DNA from: Ramazzottius varieornatus
Lineage: Eukaryota > Animalia > Tardigrada
Direction: 5' to 3'
Length of the DNA stretch: 64,000 nucleotides
NCBI GenBank assembly: GCA_001949185.1
Contig: BDGG01000007.1
Span: 817,971-881,970 of the forward strand
Shown here: in pieces, positions 1-11,493 of the stretch
Numbering within the stretch: the first letter of the stretch is position 1
Layout: every line of letters begins with the position of its first letter
Notes under the pieces: generated by a model
What the model was told of the DNA's origin: nothing
Database searches by the model: none
The model's input: the letters and a program-made list of their open reading frames with translations, nothing else
Program-made: the position numbers and the translations under genes

Positions 1-14
1 TTATACTGTAACAT

Positions 15-2403
15 ATGAAGCTGGCCGCAAAAACGGGTTGGGAACTCCCAGTCTGTTTGAACCTGCAGAGTTTCCCGCAGAAATTTTCCGTATTCCATTT
101 GCAGGGAAGATCTCGAAAGAAAGCTTGCGAACAGCTTTCCCCTTCCCACCAGGAGAAAGAACAGAGCTTTGTGAATGGCCTGTTCGCTGACTTGGACGGC
201 CCAAAGTCTACACCTGATCGTGAACCTTCTCCTGAAAACTATCTTCCCGAAGAATCACAGCAGCTGGATTTGCCTATGACGCAGGACAACGATTCGAGTC
301 TCGGTGAGGAAAACTCCGCCATAGCGAGACAGTCAATACCGGATCAAGCGATCATACCAACGCCGCTGTCAAGTTGCAGCACCGGACAAGGACGCGACAG
401 ACATCGTGAAGCCTCACCTGCCTCTCGCTTCACGTCTAATGGAGGACAATGGAAGTTTGATCCTTTTACTGGGCGCCGATTGACAGGTACGGACCCTCAC
501 TACCCGCATGACGTCACAAGTGTGTTTTTCGCTGCGAAAGAAAGTTATGACGTCAGTGCATCATTCACATGAAACGTCTGGATAACGCCATGTTGCTCGT
601 GGAGGCTTCTACGCACCACAGCTAACCCACATAGTGACGTCACAGCCAGCAAATCCGAAGGATTTTATCCTTATTCCTTTTTAGGTCTTCGTGAACGGTT
701 CTCCATCACGCCCGAGTAGTCACCAGAAAAACCACCGCGTCCCAGGATTGACTGGAGCGACGGCACCGAAGACAACGGACGAGGTATTTCAGTTTCACCT
801 TGGAAATTTCACCAGATTTCGATTGTCTATTTTTTTTAAATTTCTGTTTCTGTCCCAGTGGCGAGCCCGCATCGCAATGATCGATCAGCGCAAAACGGGA
901 ATTCCCTTCTGGAAAAGCCGAGAAGTTTGGCCTTGCGCGGTAAGCGCAAAACTTCCGTTGACGACAGTTTTCTAAGTGCAATGTTTTTTTCAGATGCACT
1001 TGGTGGCCGACCTGCTTCCAGACCCAGCTATCCGACGCAACGCAGACGTCCGGGTCAGGGAGTCGTCTGGAGCGATGAAGATGATGAAGAAGCTGAAAGT
1101 GATCGGAAGTCTCCAGTACATGGTACGCTCAACTTTCTGTCTTTATTTAACATCCGTACCAGCAGTATTTTCGCAGGCTCGTTGAAACCCACGGAGTCTC
1201 TCTCTCCTCATGCGATAGCATCATCGCATGGGCAGCGACAGATTTCAGATGGGAACTCTCTCTCGACCAAATCCAGAAACTCGAATGGTATGTTGAGACT
1301 TTCACATCGGACAATATAGCCATCATTCGAAGTTTGTACAGCAGATGGAACTCCACTCAACAGTACTCCGGATCCGCTGGCTTCAAGTACCGTTCCGTAT
1401 CCCATTTCAAATTGTATTGTAATTTTTCCATGCTAACCTAGTTCCAATGTCAGGAAAATACCCACATGCTTCACGAGGATCGAACCCAGCGTTCCCAAAG
1501 CCAGAGTACCTGAAGCCGTGGAAAGGAACTGGTGCCTCCAGGTACTGCAGGGATATTGCAGTGAAACTGCCTAAGACACCAGGTCAGAGCCGGCCTCAAC
1601 TTGCTGGTAACCCATTATAACCCGTTTTGATAATGTATTGGTTTCAGCCGCCGGCTCCAGTTCACTACTGGGGAACCGCATCTCGGACGGATATGGGAAC
1701 TCCCACCCTGTTTTAAAGCTGAAAGCTTCCTCGAGTCCGGCTGAAAGGAATGCTCGATCACCCTCCGGTAAGCAACGCCTTCAACAAATTTTAGTCCATC
1801 TGCATCACACAAAATAAAAATGTTTATCTTTAGGTGGTCTCACGCCTCTTCAAAAGAACCTGTTGCAACGTGTGAAGAACAGCATGGAGAATCCGGGATA
1901 TGGAAAGGAAGAAATGTTTCCGGGTAGCTTGCGGTGGGTCTTGACGGCTCGTTTCTCCGTCTTCAAGAAGCAACTCCGATCCAATCCGATGCTTGATGCG
2001 GTCGACCTCGCACTTCTCCTGTTCGGTAGCCACAAGACCGCCATGGCCATTTGCACCGGCCGGAACTTCGGGCTGCAGGCCGCTCTAGGCCGTGATACCG
2101 TCATCGATATCACGGGTACGCTTCCTGAACACATACTTGTGGATAGTTCTGACGGTGCTTTGGGGACTCCCTAACTGTTTTGGTTTCGCAGGCTGGATAA
2201 ACACTTATCATCCACACTGCGTGAAGAACCCGGCGGTTCACATCAGTGTCGAAGACCTTCTTGGAGCTTTCAGCAAGCGTCTGACGTACTATCGGAAAGC
2301 AAGCTCGACAAGTGACTATGATCGATATGGGGCTGGAGCCTCTACCAGTAAGGAAAGGGATTCTCCCGTACCGTACATCGACGAGGAGGAAGGAGATCTG
2401 TAG
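15..2403 (+). CDS. Multi-exon hypothetical protein (probably 5'-partial): S/P/E-rich disordered region plus a possible C-terminal BEN-like domain
   Basis: ORFs 15-572, 858-1319, 1863-2174 and 2092-2403 lie between GT-AG sites. Intron 2116-2191 joins ...RDTVIDITG|WINTYHP...AFSKRLTYYRK in frame; stop at 2403. Upstream exon structure is uncertain. Confidence 0.5.
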
Positions 2404-2793
2404 ACAGCAGTGTCGCTGTTCTCTCTGTCCGTTTGGGAACTCCCTGCCTGTTCTGCTTCTCAGCTAGATTTCCATTGGACAACGCGTTAGCTCCGTCTGT
2501 CATTCTAGTTTGTCAGTTTGAAAACGTCGTCGTGGATGTTACGAGAACCTCGAGTGCTGCCAAAGTAAAACTACCACTCAGATCCGTGCTACCTTCGTCT
2601 CAGTCGTTAAAAGCCCCCCGCGAACGTAGGAGCTAGGACGAACCGAAAAGCAGAAAATACTCCGTCTCTGTTGCCTAAACCGCAGCTTATTTCTGGATAG
2701 GGGATACCGTTCGAAACTTACGATCACATTATTCCATACCTTGCAGGCCTGGCCGGTGACCACTGTTTTCTTCGGTATGTTTTCCCTTCGTAT

Positions 2794-5639
2794 TTGGAAT
2801 ATCGATTTCAACTTCGCCACGTGCCGTTTTCCAAAAGCAATTTCTGGCCTCTATTTGCAGGAGATATGACAAATCTCTTTGCGTTGTCGTCGAATTTAAC
2901 CACTGAGGAAGAGCATGCTTGGAACTCAAGTTACTCAACAGGTTCGGGAATTATCGTACCCAGTACCACTTCTGCAATGACTCAGAAGATGGACGAGGTG
3001 GTCTTGCGATTCTTCTACATCGGTTGTCTGGTCCTGGTATCGAGCTTCATGCAGGTAGGGATAGGCGAACCACCTGATTCCCCCATTTCTTCAAATAGTC
3101 TATTCATCAACCTGCTTATGCCAAAGGTAGCTTGTTGGACTCTAGCTTGCGAGCGACAGATTCACAAGATGCGCAAAAGCTTCTCCATTCAGTTTTGCGA
3201 CAAGAAATGGCTTGGTTCAGCCGTCATCAAAGGGGATCATTGACTTCAAGACTTTCCAGGTACACGCGCGACGAGACGAGACGTTTATGGGCCTGTAAAA
3301 AATACGACAAGCTTTAGCTTTGGCCCAGTATCCAACACGTACGTACAGCAGTCCAGCCTTCAATGTTGGTTTTTACTTGTACCAAGAATCACCTACCCGT
3401 GCCGCCGTAGCGAAAAGGAATGACCAGTAATTTATACGGGCCCATAATATCTTGTCGTTCGTGTACAGAAATCTCGGGTGAGTGACGTCTCATCGTCGAA
3501 CTATCTGAATTGTCGATATGTGGGTAGTGACATAGAGCGGGTTAAGGATGGTCTCGGAGACAAGATGTCGTTTGCCATCTTCGGCTTTGCCCAGTTCGTC
3601 GCCGGGTTCGCCGTTGGGTTCTACAAAGCCTGGGACGTGACGCTGGTCATGGTTGCTTTTGTGCCGCTCTTGGGGATTGCTGGCGTTATGCAGGACCTGA
3701 ACAACAAGGCTCGCCACCGATGCCCCTTTGCTCAAAAGCGTGAGTGTTTTCACCCTTTGCGTTCGAGCTGGTCAGCAAGTGGGTCCGCGTAATGTCATCG
3801 CCTGCTGTAGGCAACAGGAATGAGACTTGGAATTATGGAAAACTCGCTAGTTGCTGCGAACTGCGCAGTCGCCATCGCGATGGCCTTCGGTTGGAAATTC
3901 GGTCTTGTAATCATCAGCACCACACCAATCCTTGTTCTGGCCGGAGTTATGAGCATGAAGTTTCAGAGTGGGGGAGAAAAGAAGAACACCGAACACACGG
4001 AAAAGTCTGGCCAGGTATTTACATGAGTGCGAGGCTGAAAGCCTCCCACGTATTCGTACTTTTGTAGCCCAGTTCCCGTAACGCCTGAGACACCACGCCT
4101 TTCAGATAGCTTCGGAGGCTATAGTAAACTTGCAAACAGTGCAGTCACTGTCGCATGAGCAGTTCTTCTACGAGATGTTTGCCAAATATGCACAGTTAGC
4201 TCGCCGAATCGATTTTCGCCGCAGCGCCGTCTACACCGTGTCGTACGGGTTTTCCCGGGCTGTAATCTTTTTCCTGTATGCTGGTTCCTTTCGCTTCGGA
4301 TACTACATAGTATCTAATGGAGAGATGTCGTTTGCCGACGTCTTCCGCGTGTTCTTCGGTATCACCTACGTGGCCATGACGTTCGGACAAGTTATCGCGT
4401 TCCTGCCTGATCATTCCAAAGCAAAGATGGCCGCTGCGCAGATCTTCAAGATAACAGATCAAGTGCCGCAAATCGACAGCTCGGATCCGAAAGGCGTTCG
4501 GTTGGTGAGAGACTGCAATCAACAAAGTGGCTGTTTTGTTTATGTCCAGATAACCAGCTTGCGTTCGTTTCAGAAATTTCGGGCCACATTGAGTTCCGCA
4601 ATGTCTCCATCGCGTCTGGACGTACCATCTTACGAAAACTCAGCTTTCCTCGTCTAGCCCGGACAGACTTTGGCCATCGTTGGTGCCAGCGGCTGTGGTA
4701 AAAGGACGATTGTCTCTTTGCTGGAGCGATTTTACAGTCCCACGAAAGGCCAAATTGTAAGAAACCTTTATTTCAACTTATCACCCATTCGTCTCTCTTT
4801 GACTGACACTAGCATCTTTGATTTACAGATGGTCGATAGTGTCGACATACGCTGTACGAACGTCCAGAATTTCCGTGCGCAATTAGCTGTGGTCGAGCAA
4901 GAACCCGTGCTGTTCAACAACACAATCAGGGAAAACATTCTGTATGCTTTGCCGGATGATCGACTTACCTCGGACGAAGAGCTTCACGCGGCCGCGAACG
5001 TCGCCAACATCCACGACTTCATGCTCAATCTTCCTGAAAAATACAGCACCGTGGTCGGTGAGAAGGTTGTTCAGCTGAGCGGCGGCGAGCGTCAACGGGT
5101 ATCTATCGTTCGAGCCGTCATACGCAATCCGAGAATCCTCCTGCTGGATGACGCTACTTCGGCGTTGGATTCGAACTCCGAAAAGGCAGCAATGGTGGCT
5201 GCTACTAATGCTGAGCGATACAAAGCGTAACAGTCATCGCCCAGGTACTACTGTACAGTAGAGCAAGCAGAGTAAAGCTCCAATCGTGCACTAGATCGTA
5301 AACATTCGTCAGACCCACACCACCTTCAACATCAGAGCAATGGCGGTAGAGCGACATCCAAATTGTCTGACTGTAACGGGGAAATCCCTAACGATTAACT
5401 ATTGGGTACAATCTTGCGGTCCAGTCTGAACCTTTCTCTTTCAGAATGTCCAGACTGCACTGAAGGCTGCTAGCAGTGGAAGAGCCTGCATTGTTATTGC
5501 CCATGGGTTGTCGACCGTCAAGAACGCGGATATCATTGCTGTAATGGACAGAGGTGAAATCATCGAACAGGGATCCCACGATGAACTTCTCGCAAAGAAC
5601 GGCCACAACGACCAGTTGACTCGTGGTAAAAAAAGTTGA
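2794..5639 (+). pseudogene. ABCB1/P-glycoprotein-like ABC transporter pseudogene, internally deleted
   Basis: TMD1 motifs (ERQIHKMR, LRQEMAWF, DIERVKDGLGDK) jump to TMD2 motifs (TRLATDA, IASEAI). One NBD follows: [37 protein letters not shown]. Frameshift near 3180; indels and TAG near 4610-4657. Confidence 0.85.
3263..3463. mobile_element. MITE family D copy 1 (TA-flanked, imperfect ~35-bp TIRs)
   Basis: TA|CACGCGCGAC..TTATGGGCCTGTAAAA ... TTTATACGGGCCCATAATATCTTGTCGTTCGTG|TA. Internal CCGTGCCGCCGTAGCGAAAAGGA matches copy 2 in reverse orientation. Confidence 0.7.
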
Positions 5640-5930
5640 TGACTTTAAAAGGAAAAGGACCAACCTGTGCATTTTCTGCATGATTGATCAGGAAGCTTCT
5701 TGGTCGTAGCTGTTTTGGCTCCCCAACAGTTGAACAAGTTGTTGTGGATATACGTCGGTACTGTACTCGAGAAACGCGCAACTTTTTTGTCTCTGTTCTT
5801 TAAATGAATTAGTCTTGATAGTGGTTTTATCCGCGTTGATTCGAGTACCAAAAGAAAGAAAATGCATAGAGTGCGAGTCGATTATGCTCGAAATCGGCAA
5901 GAACTAGGGAAGATGGATTGATCGATACAT

Positions 5931-8900
5931 TCAGTTGAACCGTTCTTGAAACGCAACACGATCAGTATTTCTGGCACTTCCGGTGCCGACAGCTTGATCG
6001 TAAGCTTGGTTGTTGAGACCTCGTGAGGCAGTCGAGTTGATCCTACTGGTTTGCAAAGAGGCTTTGAAAGCCTTATGTCGGCCAGTCACGAAGACGAAGA
6101 CGATACCGCCAATCAGCAGCAGAGCCAGTAGGACACCGATGACGATACCGGCTATAGCGCCACCCGACAGTCCCCCATGTCCCCCTAGCAGACAGGAAAA
6201 TATTCAACCAGTCACTCACATAAAGCGAAGCTGTGTATTTACCGTTAGGCGGTGCTGCGCAGATGAACGGCCTCGCTTCCTTACAAGAAGCCATTTGAAA
6301 TCCCTAAGAACACATCCAATAGTAGCTCCTCGGACTCGTCCCGATATTTGATCTTCAAATACCTGTGAGGTTATGACTCCGCAGTTAAAGTCATGAGTGT
6401 CGTTTGCGACGACTACAGATGTAGGCTCAATATACCAAGGCGTGTACGTCAGCGGGACATTTTTGTCGCTCCACGAAAATACGATGGGTCTCTTTGGACT
6501 GTCCAGTGAGTTCAGCCCAATCCAAGAACCAGATGGGAAAGTTATCGAGTCGTTGAGGTCTCTTTTGTGTCGAAGGCTGAACAGCTCGGCACCTTGTCGC
6601 TTGCACTCCGCATTCGCATCTTGCCAGGTTCTCTTATCCGTACTAATCAACACGCACCTTCCTGCTAACGAACTCCACCCCTTCGCGCAAGGAAAGACGG
6701 TAACTATAGAATCAACAACAACACTGAACAGACTGAATTTTATCTTGAGACATAGATGGTAGCAAAAGCGTTTAGTATCGTACATGAATCTGGTCCGTTG
6801 GTTGAGTTGAAGCTGGTCAGGGTTTCGTCGACAGGCTTCTTGCAGATGTAGCCTCGTTTGGTGGCACTTTGTGCAGATTTCCACTCGCCACCGGCATCGG
6901 TGCTACCATACACCGGCTCCAAGTATCCGCTTAGACGCTCGTTCTGGCCAAACGTCCGAGGATGGCCATCAGCCCAGTTGAAGACCACGAATGGAATGTA
7001 CCATGGTTGACGTTGTCGAATCTCTCTGTAGGGCCAATACCAGCCACCGCTGTCGAGCGAAGCGAGGTCGATCCAGTATGATACATCCGTCTCCCACAGT
7101 GACAGGTTCTTCTGCACGTAGTCTGAAAATCAAAACCACGGAATATTGATTTTGAAAGAACGGTTTGAAATGGATCGGAGTCGTACCTCGGATGAATATC
7201 TCCTCTTCTTTGCTGGTGATGTAGAGAAGCTCGGCAGCCGGGTCCGAGTTCTGACAAGTCTGTTTGGCCAAGTGCCATTCCATCGGTTTTTTCTTAACCT
7301 GGTAGCAGTAGTCACCCTTACGGAACCAACCTGGACCACATTCCCTGTCGAAGTTATCTCCGTGATTGTCTTCTTCTGGTCGAGGAGGCTTGGGCACTGA
7401 TTGAGCAGAACAGTCATTTGTATCTCAATTGTAAACGATAAGAGTCCTGGTCGAGGACAGTTCCATGTCTTACCTCCAGGTTGGTAACAGATAGCGGTTT
7501 GAAGCACGTCAGAACAGGCACGGTGGTACCACCGTCCAGGTTCGGTGTAGACTGCGGTCTGGTTGGGACCGTAATGGGAATTGATGTTGAAATCACTGTT
7601 CGGCCCGGCCATTACCGAGCAGTACAGACGGAATTTGTCCGGATCAACATCTAACGTTTGCACATCCGCAAAGTACATGTACGCCACGTCTTTGTTTACC
7701 TGAACATGACCGAGTTGACTATGCTTCCCAGTCTTTGCAGATAACGTCATAGAGATAAAACTTACCGGAGTGCCATCGCTGTACTCATATTCGAACGCAT
7801 CGAACCCAGTGGCCGTATGGTTGTCCCTGCCGACTATCTTCAAGCCCAACCAGGAATCCGTGTTGCCGATCAAGCCTACATGACAGTGCAGATGAACAGA
7901 GCGGTTATTGCTCAACGCAAGAGCATTGCTTCTTACTTTGGACAACATCGTTCTCTCCGTGGGTCTTGACATAAGCTAGGGTGGCTTTGTCGGCTTCACA
8001 CCTCTTTTGAGCGTCATCACGGTTGGATCCGCCATCAATCTTTTTGTAGCAGCCATCATGGATTTCTCGATAACCCGGCGGACACTCGAAACCCGCTAGC
8101 GAGAACAAGCCGCGACTCGAAATTTATCCGTCTCGGTGCAGCCAAAATGCTGTCGTACCTGGTTCTTGGTTGATGTACGGTTCAAGTTCCGCACTGGCTG
8201 GAGCTTTGCAGATGGCGCCCATCCTACTGTTGCAGTTTGATTTTCCCCATTTTCCTCTGCCGGTTTCTGCATAAAGCTCAATCGTTGTATATGGATGCCA
8301 GTCTGTCGGATACTCTGTGGTAGACCAGCACGATTTTATTGTACCTGTAGTATTTTTTCCTCCCAGATAGGCACATCCAGAACTGGCGGTGTTTCGCCAG
8401 TTAGTATAGCTGCTTGTTGAGCCGTCCTCCCACGTCAATGCGTACATGTCACCTGGGTGCCGACATATCCGGTAAAACCACAGCGCTGAAGCGGAGAGAA
8501 ACTTTCTGTCCTAGAAACTTACTGCTGTCTGTTTTCAGACCGATCCAGTAGCCTCCGTTTAGTGTCTGCCGATCAATTGCGGCCTCCAAGAATTTTTGGG
8601 TTGAAGGACTACCCATTGATCAAGATGTGAGGAATAGCATATCTTTAATGTGGTTAGGTGTTTGAACTTACTCTGGGATGGATACCAGGTCCGCTTTGAT
8701 ATTTTTGCAAAACCGTTGAGCTTGCTCTCTGGTCGATGGCTGTTGGTCAGCGTCGAGGAACGCGTAGCAATTCTTATCGAAATCCACCCATCCGTAGGGG
8801 CAAAGATCTAGATACAACAAAACCTGGCGTTTGCTACCGAGATAACGCGAAATCGTCTGCAACTTTACGGCTGGCCTTTAGGCATGCTGCACTTACTGAA

Positions 8901-10376
8901 TGGACTCTCGCAGATAAAAGGTCGCGGCGTCTCGCATTTATCGTCCAGTATCCATTGGTACTTGCCGTCGGCCTGTATAGCTTCCCCGCAATATCTCCTT
9001 CCATTCAACAAATACCTATATGGTACAGGAAGTCTTCTAGCTGTATCTTTCTGTGTGATACGATCATTGATGACCTCCATAAACGTGCCACAGCGTTGAA
9101 GCCAAGCATCCTTATAAGCTTACGTCAGATACAAGTTCAAGTCACTGTAGGGCCATGGCTGACTTGGGGAGTGTAGACCGTTCCATGCTTGTCCATCGGC
9201 CCATTTTACATCCTCAACAGTCGTGTTTTTTGATTTGTTTTCAATGCTGATTCCAAGCCAGACCTTGTCCGTCTTGACCGTGTCCTTCATCCAACGTCTC
9301 ATTCTTGCCTCTTCATCAGCAGAGTCAGGTACGATGATGTGACCTCCACTTGATCTAAATCGAAGCAGGGACCGTCAGCATCCTTCAGACCGTTATCTCC
9401 CAAGAATTTCAACCCTCCAACAACGACAGTACGTACAGACAGGAATGTGTCGCTTCGGTGAAAGTCCGGTTGGGCGGGTTGTACTGATAGCAGGCTCCGT
9501 CGCGGTAAGCCCAGCCGTCTTCTGTTCTGCATCGTGGCCTTGAGTCTAGAAGCACGACCACTGTTCTCGAACAAACAGCAACGGTGCTGTGTAAAGCCGA
9601 ATTCAACTCACGGTAATCGCCTTTGCAGATGTAGCCAAGTTGGGCGTCGGCTTTCACTTCTATGGCTTCGAAGGCCTTCACTTGGTTATTAAATTTAATT
9701 GCAGCTCTGGAGGCTCCATCCGTGTCTGGGTTCGCAGGAAAAGCAGCCGTGGTGCTGGGAACGAAACCAAACGATGGAAAGGGTGCTTTGGGTTTATGCA
9801 ATTGCCGCAGGGCTACAGGTGACTCACAAGTTTTTCAAGTCTCGTGGGTTGAAAAGACTGAACTCTCCGGTATCCGTGTTTTTCCACTCCCAACGGCCAC
9901 TTTCTCCCGTCAGACCAATGTAGAATGCTGGTCGGGTGCTGAGCTTATTGTATATCCAGTCCTGTGAAACAGAAACGACACTTTTTGCTGCGTAGACAAT
10001 TTTAATCCCAATTTCATCAGTTCTTACCAGCTCTCCCTGATCCACACTGGGTAAAAGCACTCCTCCCCTTGTTTTACATTCTTCAACAACGGTGCTGTAG
10101 TTCAAACGAACTGCCCAGGGGCCCAGTGTGTCAAAATCTATGTCTTGGTGGACCCCATATCCATAAAAAAAGTAGCAGCTGTCCGTCTCTCTCCGCCACG
10201 TCCATTCGGGACTAGGGCATCTCAGAGCGAAAGTTCCAGCACCTACGAAATATGGAGGATTGTTTCGGCATCCTCCGCTTTGTCAAGAACCCAGAGTGGA
10301 AGTTTATAGACCAATAATGGCACTTACACAACGTGAGAAGGAACAAGGAAATGCAATTAGATCGAAGGTGGTCCAT
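5931..10376 (-). CDS. Macrophage-mannose-receptor-like type I membrane protein with six C-type lectin domains
   Basis: Signal-peptide exon from ATG 10376. Six CTLD starts: CPSPEW, CRTEDGW, CPYGW, CPPGY, CGPGW, CAKGW, with WIGL/WLGI-type motifs. TM GAIAGIVIGVLLALLLIGGIVFVFV; NQAY motif in tail; stop at 5931. Confidence 0.85.
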
Positions 10377-11493
10377 GATGAGACCACTCCTGGCTGAGTG
10401 TTAGAAAATTTCAGGTGTAAAATCAGATCGAAAAGGTTGTCATTGGCGAGGAACTCTTTTCAACGTTAAGCCCCCGTTAAGCTGCCGAACTAAACCTATA
10501 ACATAAGTTTCATCCGGAGAGTTCTGGAACTCTGCCGATTGCGGTTATCTTGACCCTCGAGTTATTTAGGATAGCACGTGGCTTTTTAGTGGAATTCGGA
10601 TTTCCTCAATTTGAAGTTCGCTTCTTGGACCTGATATGCTTATCGGTTAGGTATTGTTCTTCAAGAATTGCTAGCCTTGACTTTCAACTCGTAATCAACG
10701 CTACCAGTCTCAGAATGTTTGGTCAGGTTACATGATCCTTGTTATGACTGGCATTTCAACATGCCATGATTGACCGATGCTAAGGTCCGTCGTCCGTTCA
10801 GTAATCAGCACTGGGTTGTTGGAAGCACTTGTGCTTCGGCTAGGAAAAACCCTTTGGTGTTGTTCAAAAACATTTTCACTGGTGATCCTTTCAAACACCT
10901 TGAGCACGACGCGTTTTCGTGCTCTCAGAATACGAGGCGGGAAGCTGCCTTTCACCTCATTTTGACTGGTTGAGGTCGGTGGGCGACGCCAGATTTGACT
11001 AATCACCACCTTTTCGACTGGCCAGAATTCGGGAATATGATGTATAGTTCTCCACCTACCACCTCAAAACGGTCAACCTTCAGAATTTCTTGTTGACCAC
11101 TGGGGAGGTCTTTTTACAAATCTAGAAATTTTACCAAGATAAAAAAATGTTTGAACTGAAGGTTCGAAGTTCTTCGAGGACGAGGCTCTGAGGGGAAAGC
11201 AATTCGGGATCGGCTTCGGGAAAGTAATTCCGGCCATTAGATAAGTCTCGGGGGAAAGGGTTCTTTGCGTCCGAGGCTGTTATGTTTGTCATCTAAGAGA
11301 AAGAGTATGTTAGGGGAAAATATCATTAGGGCTCCAGGTACGTTAGGACTCCAGGGCTCCAGGTGGCCTGAAACAAATCGGCCACGTCAATCCTTCCCAC
11401 CTGTTTTCGTGCATCCTCTTGTTGTCTCTCGCGCATTGTTAAGCCTTAGATTGCTTTACTTTACTCTGGTAACTGTTCAACAGCGAGGTTATA

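Noticed and set aside
3260-3468. MITE D1 as an introner (GT at its left edge, AG at its right edge)
   Set aside because: The ABC reading frame resumes only after the AG at 3526-3527, so the element sits inside a pre-existing intron.
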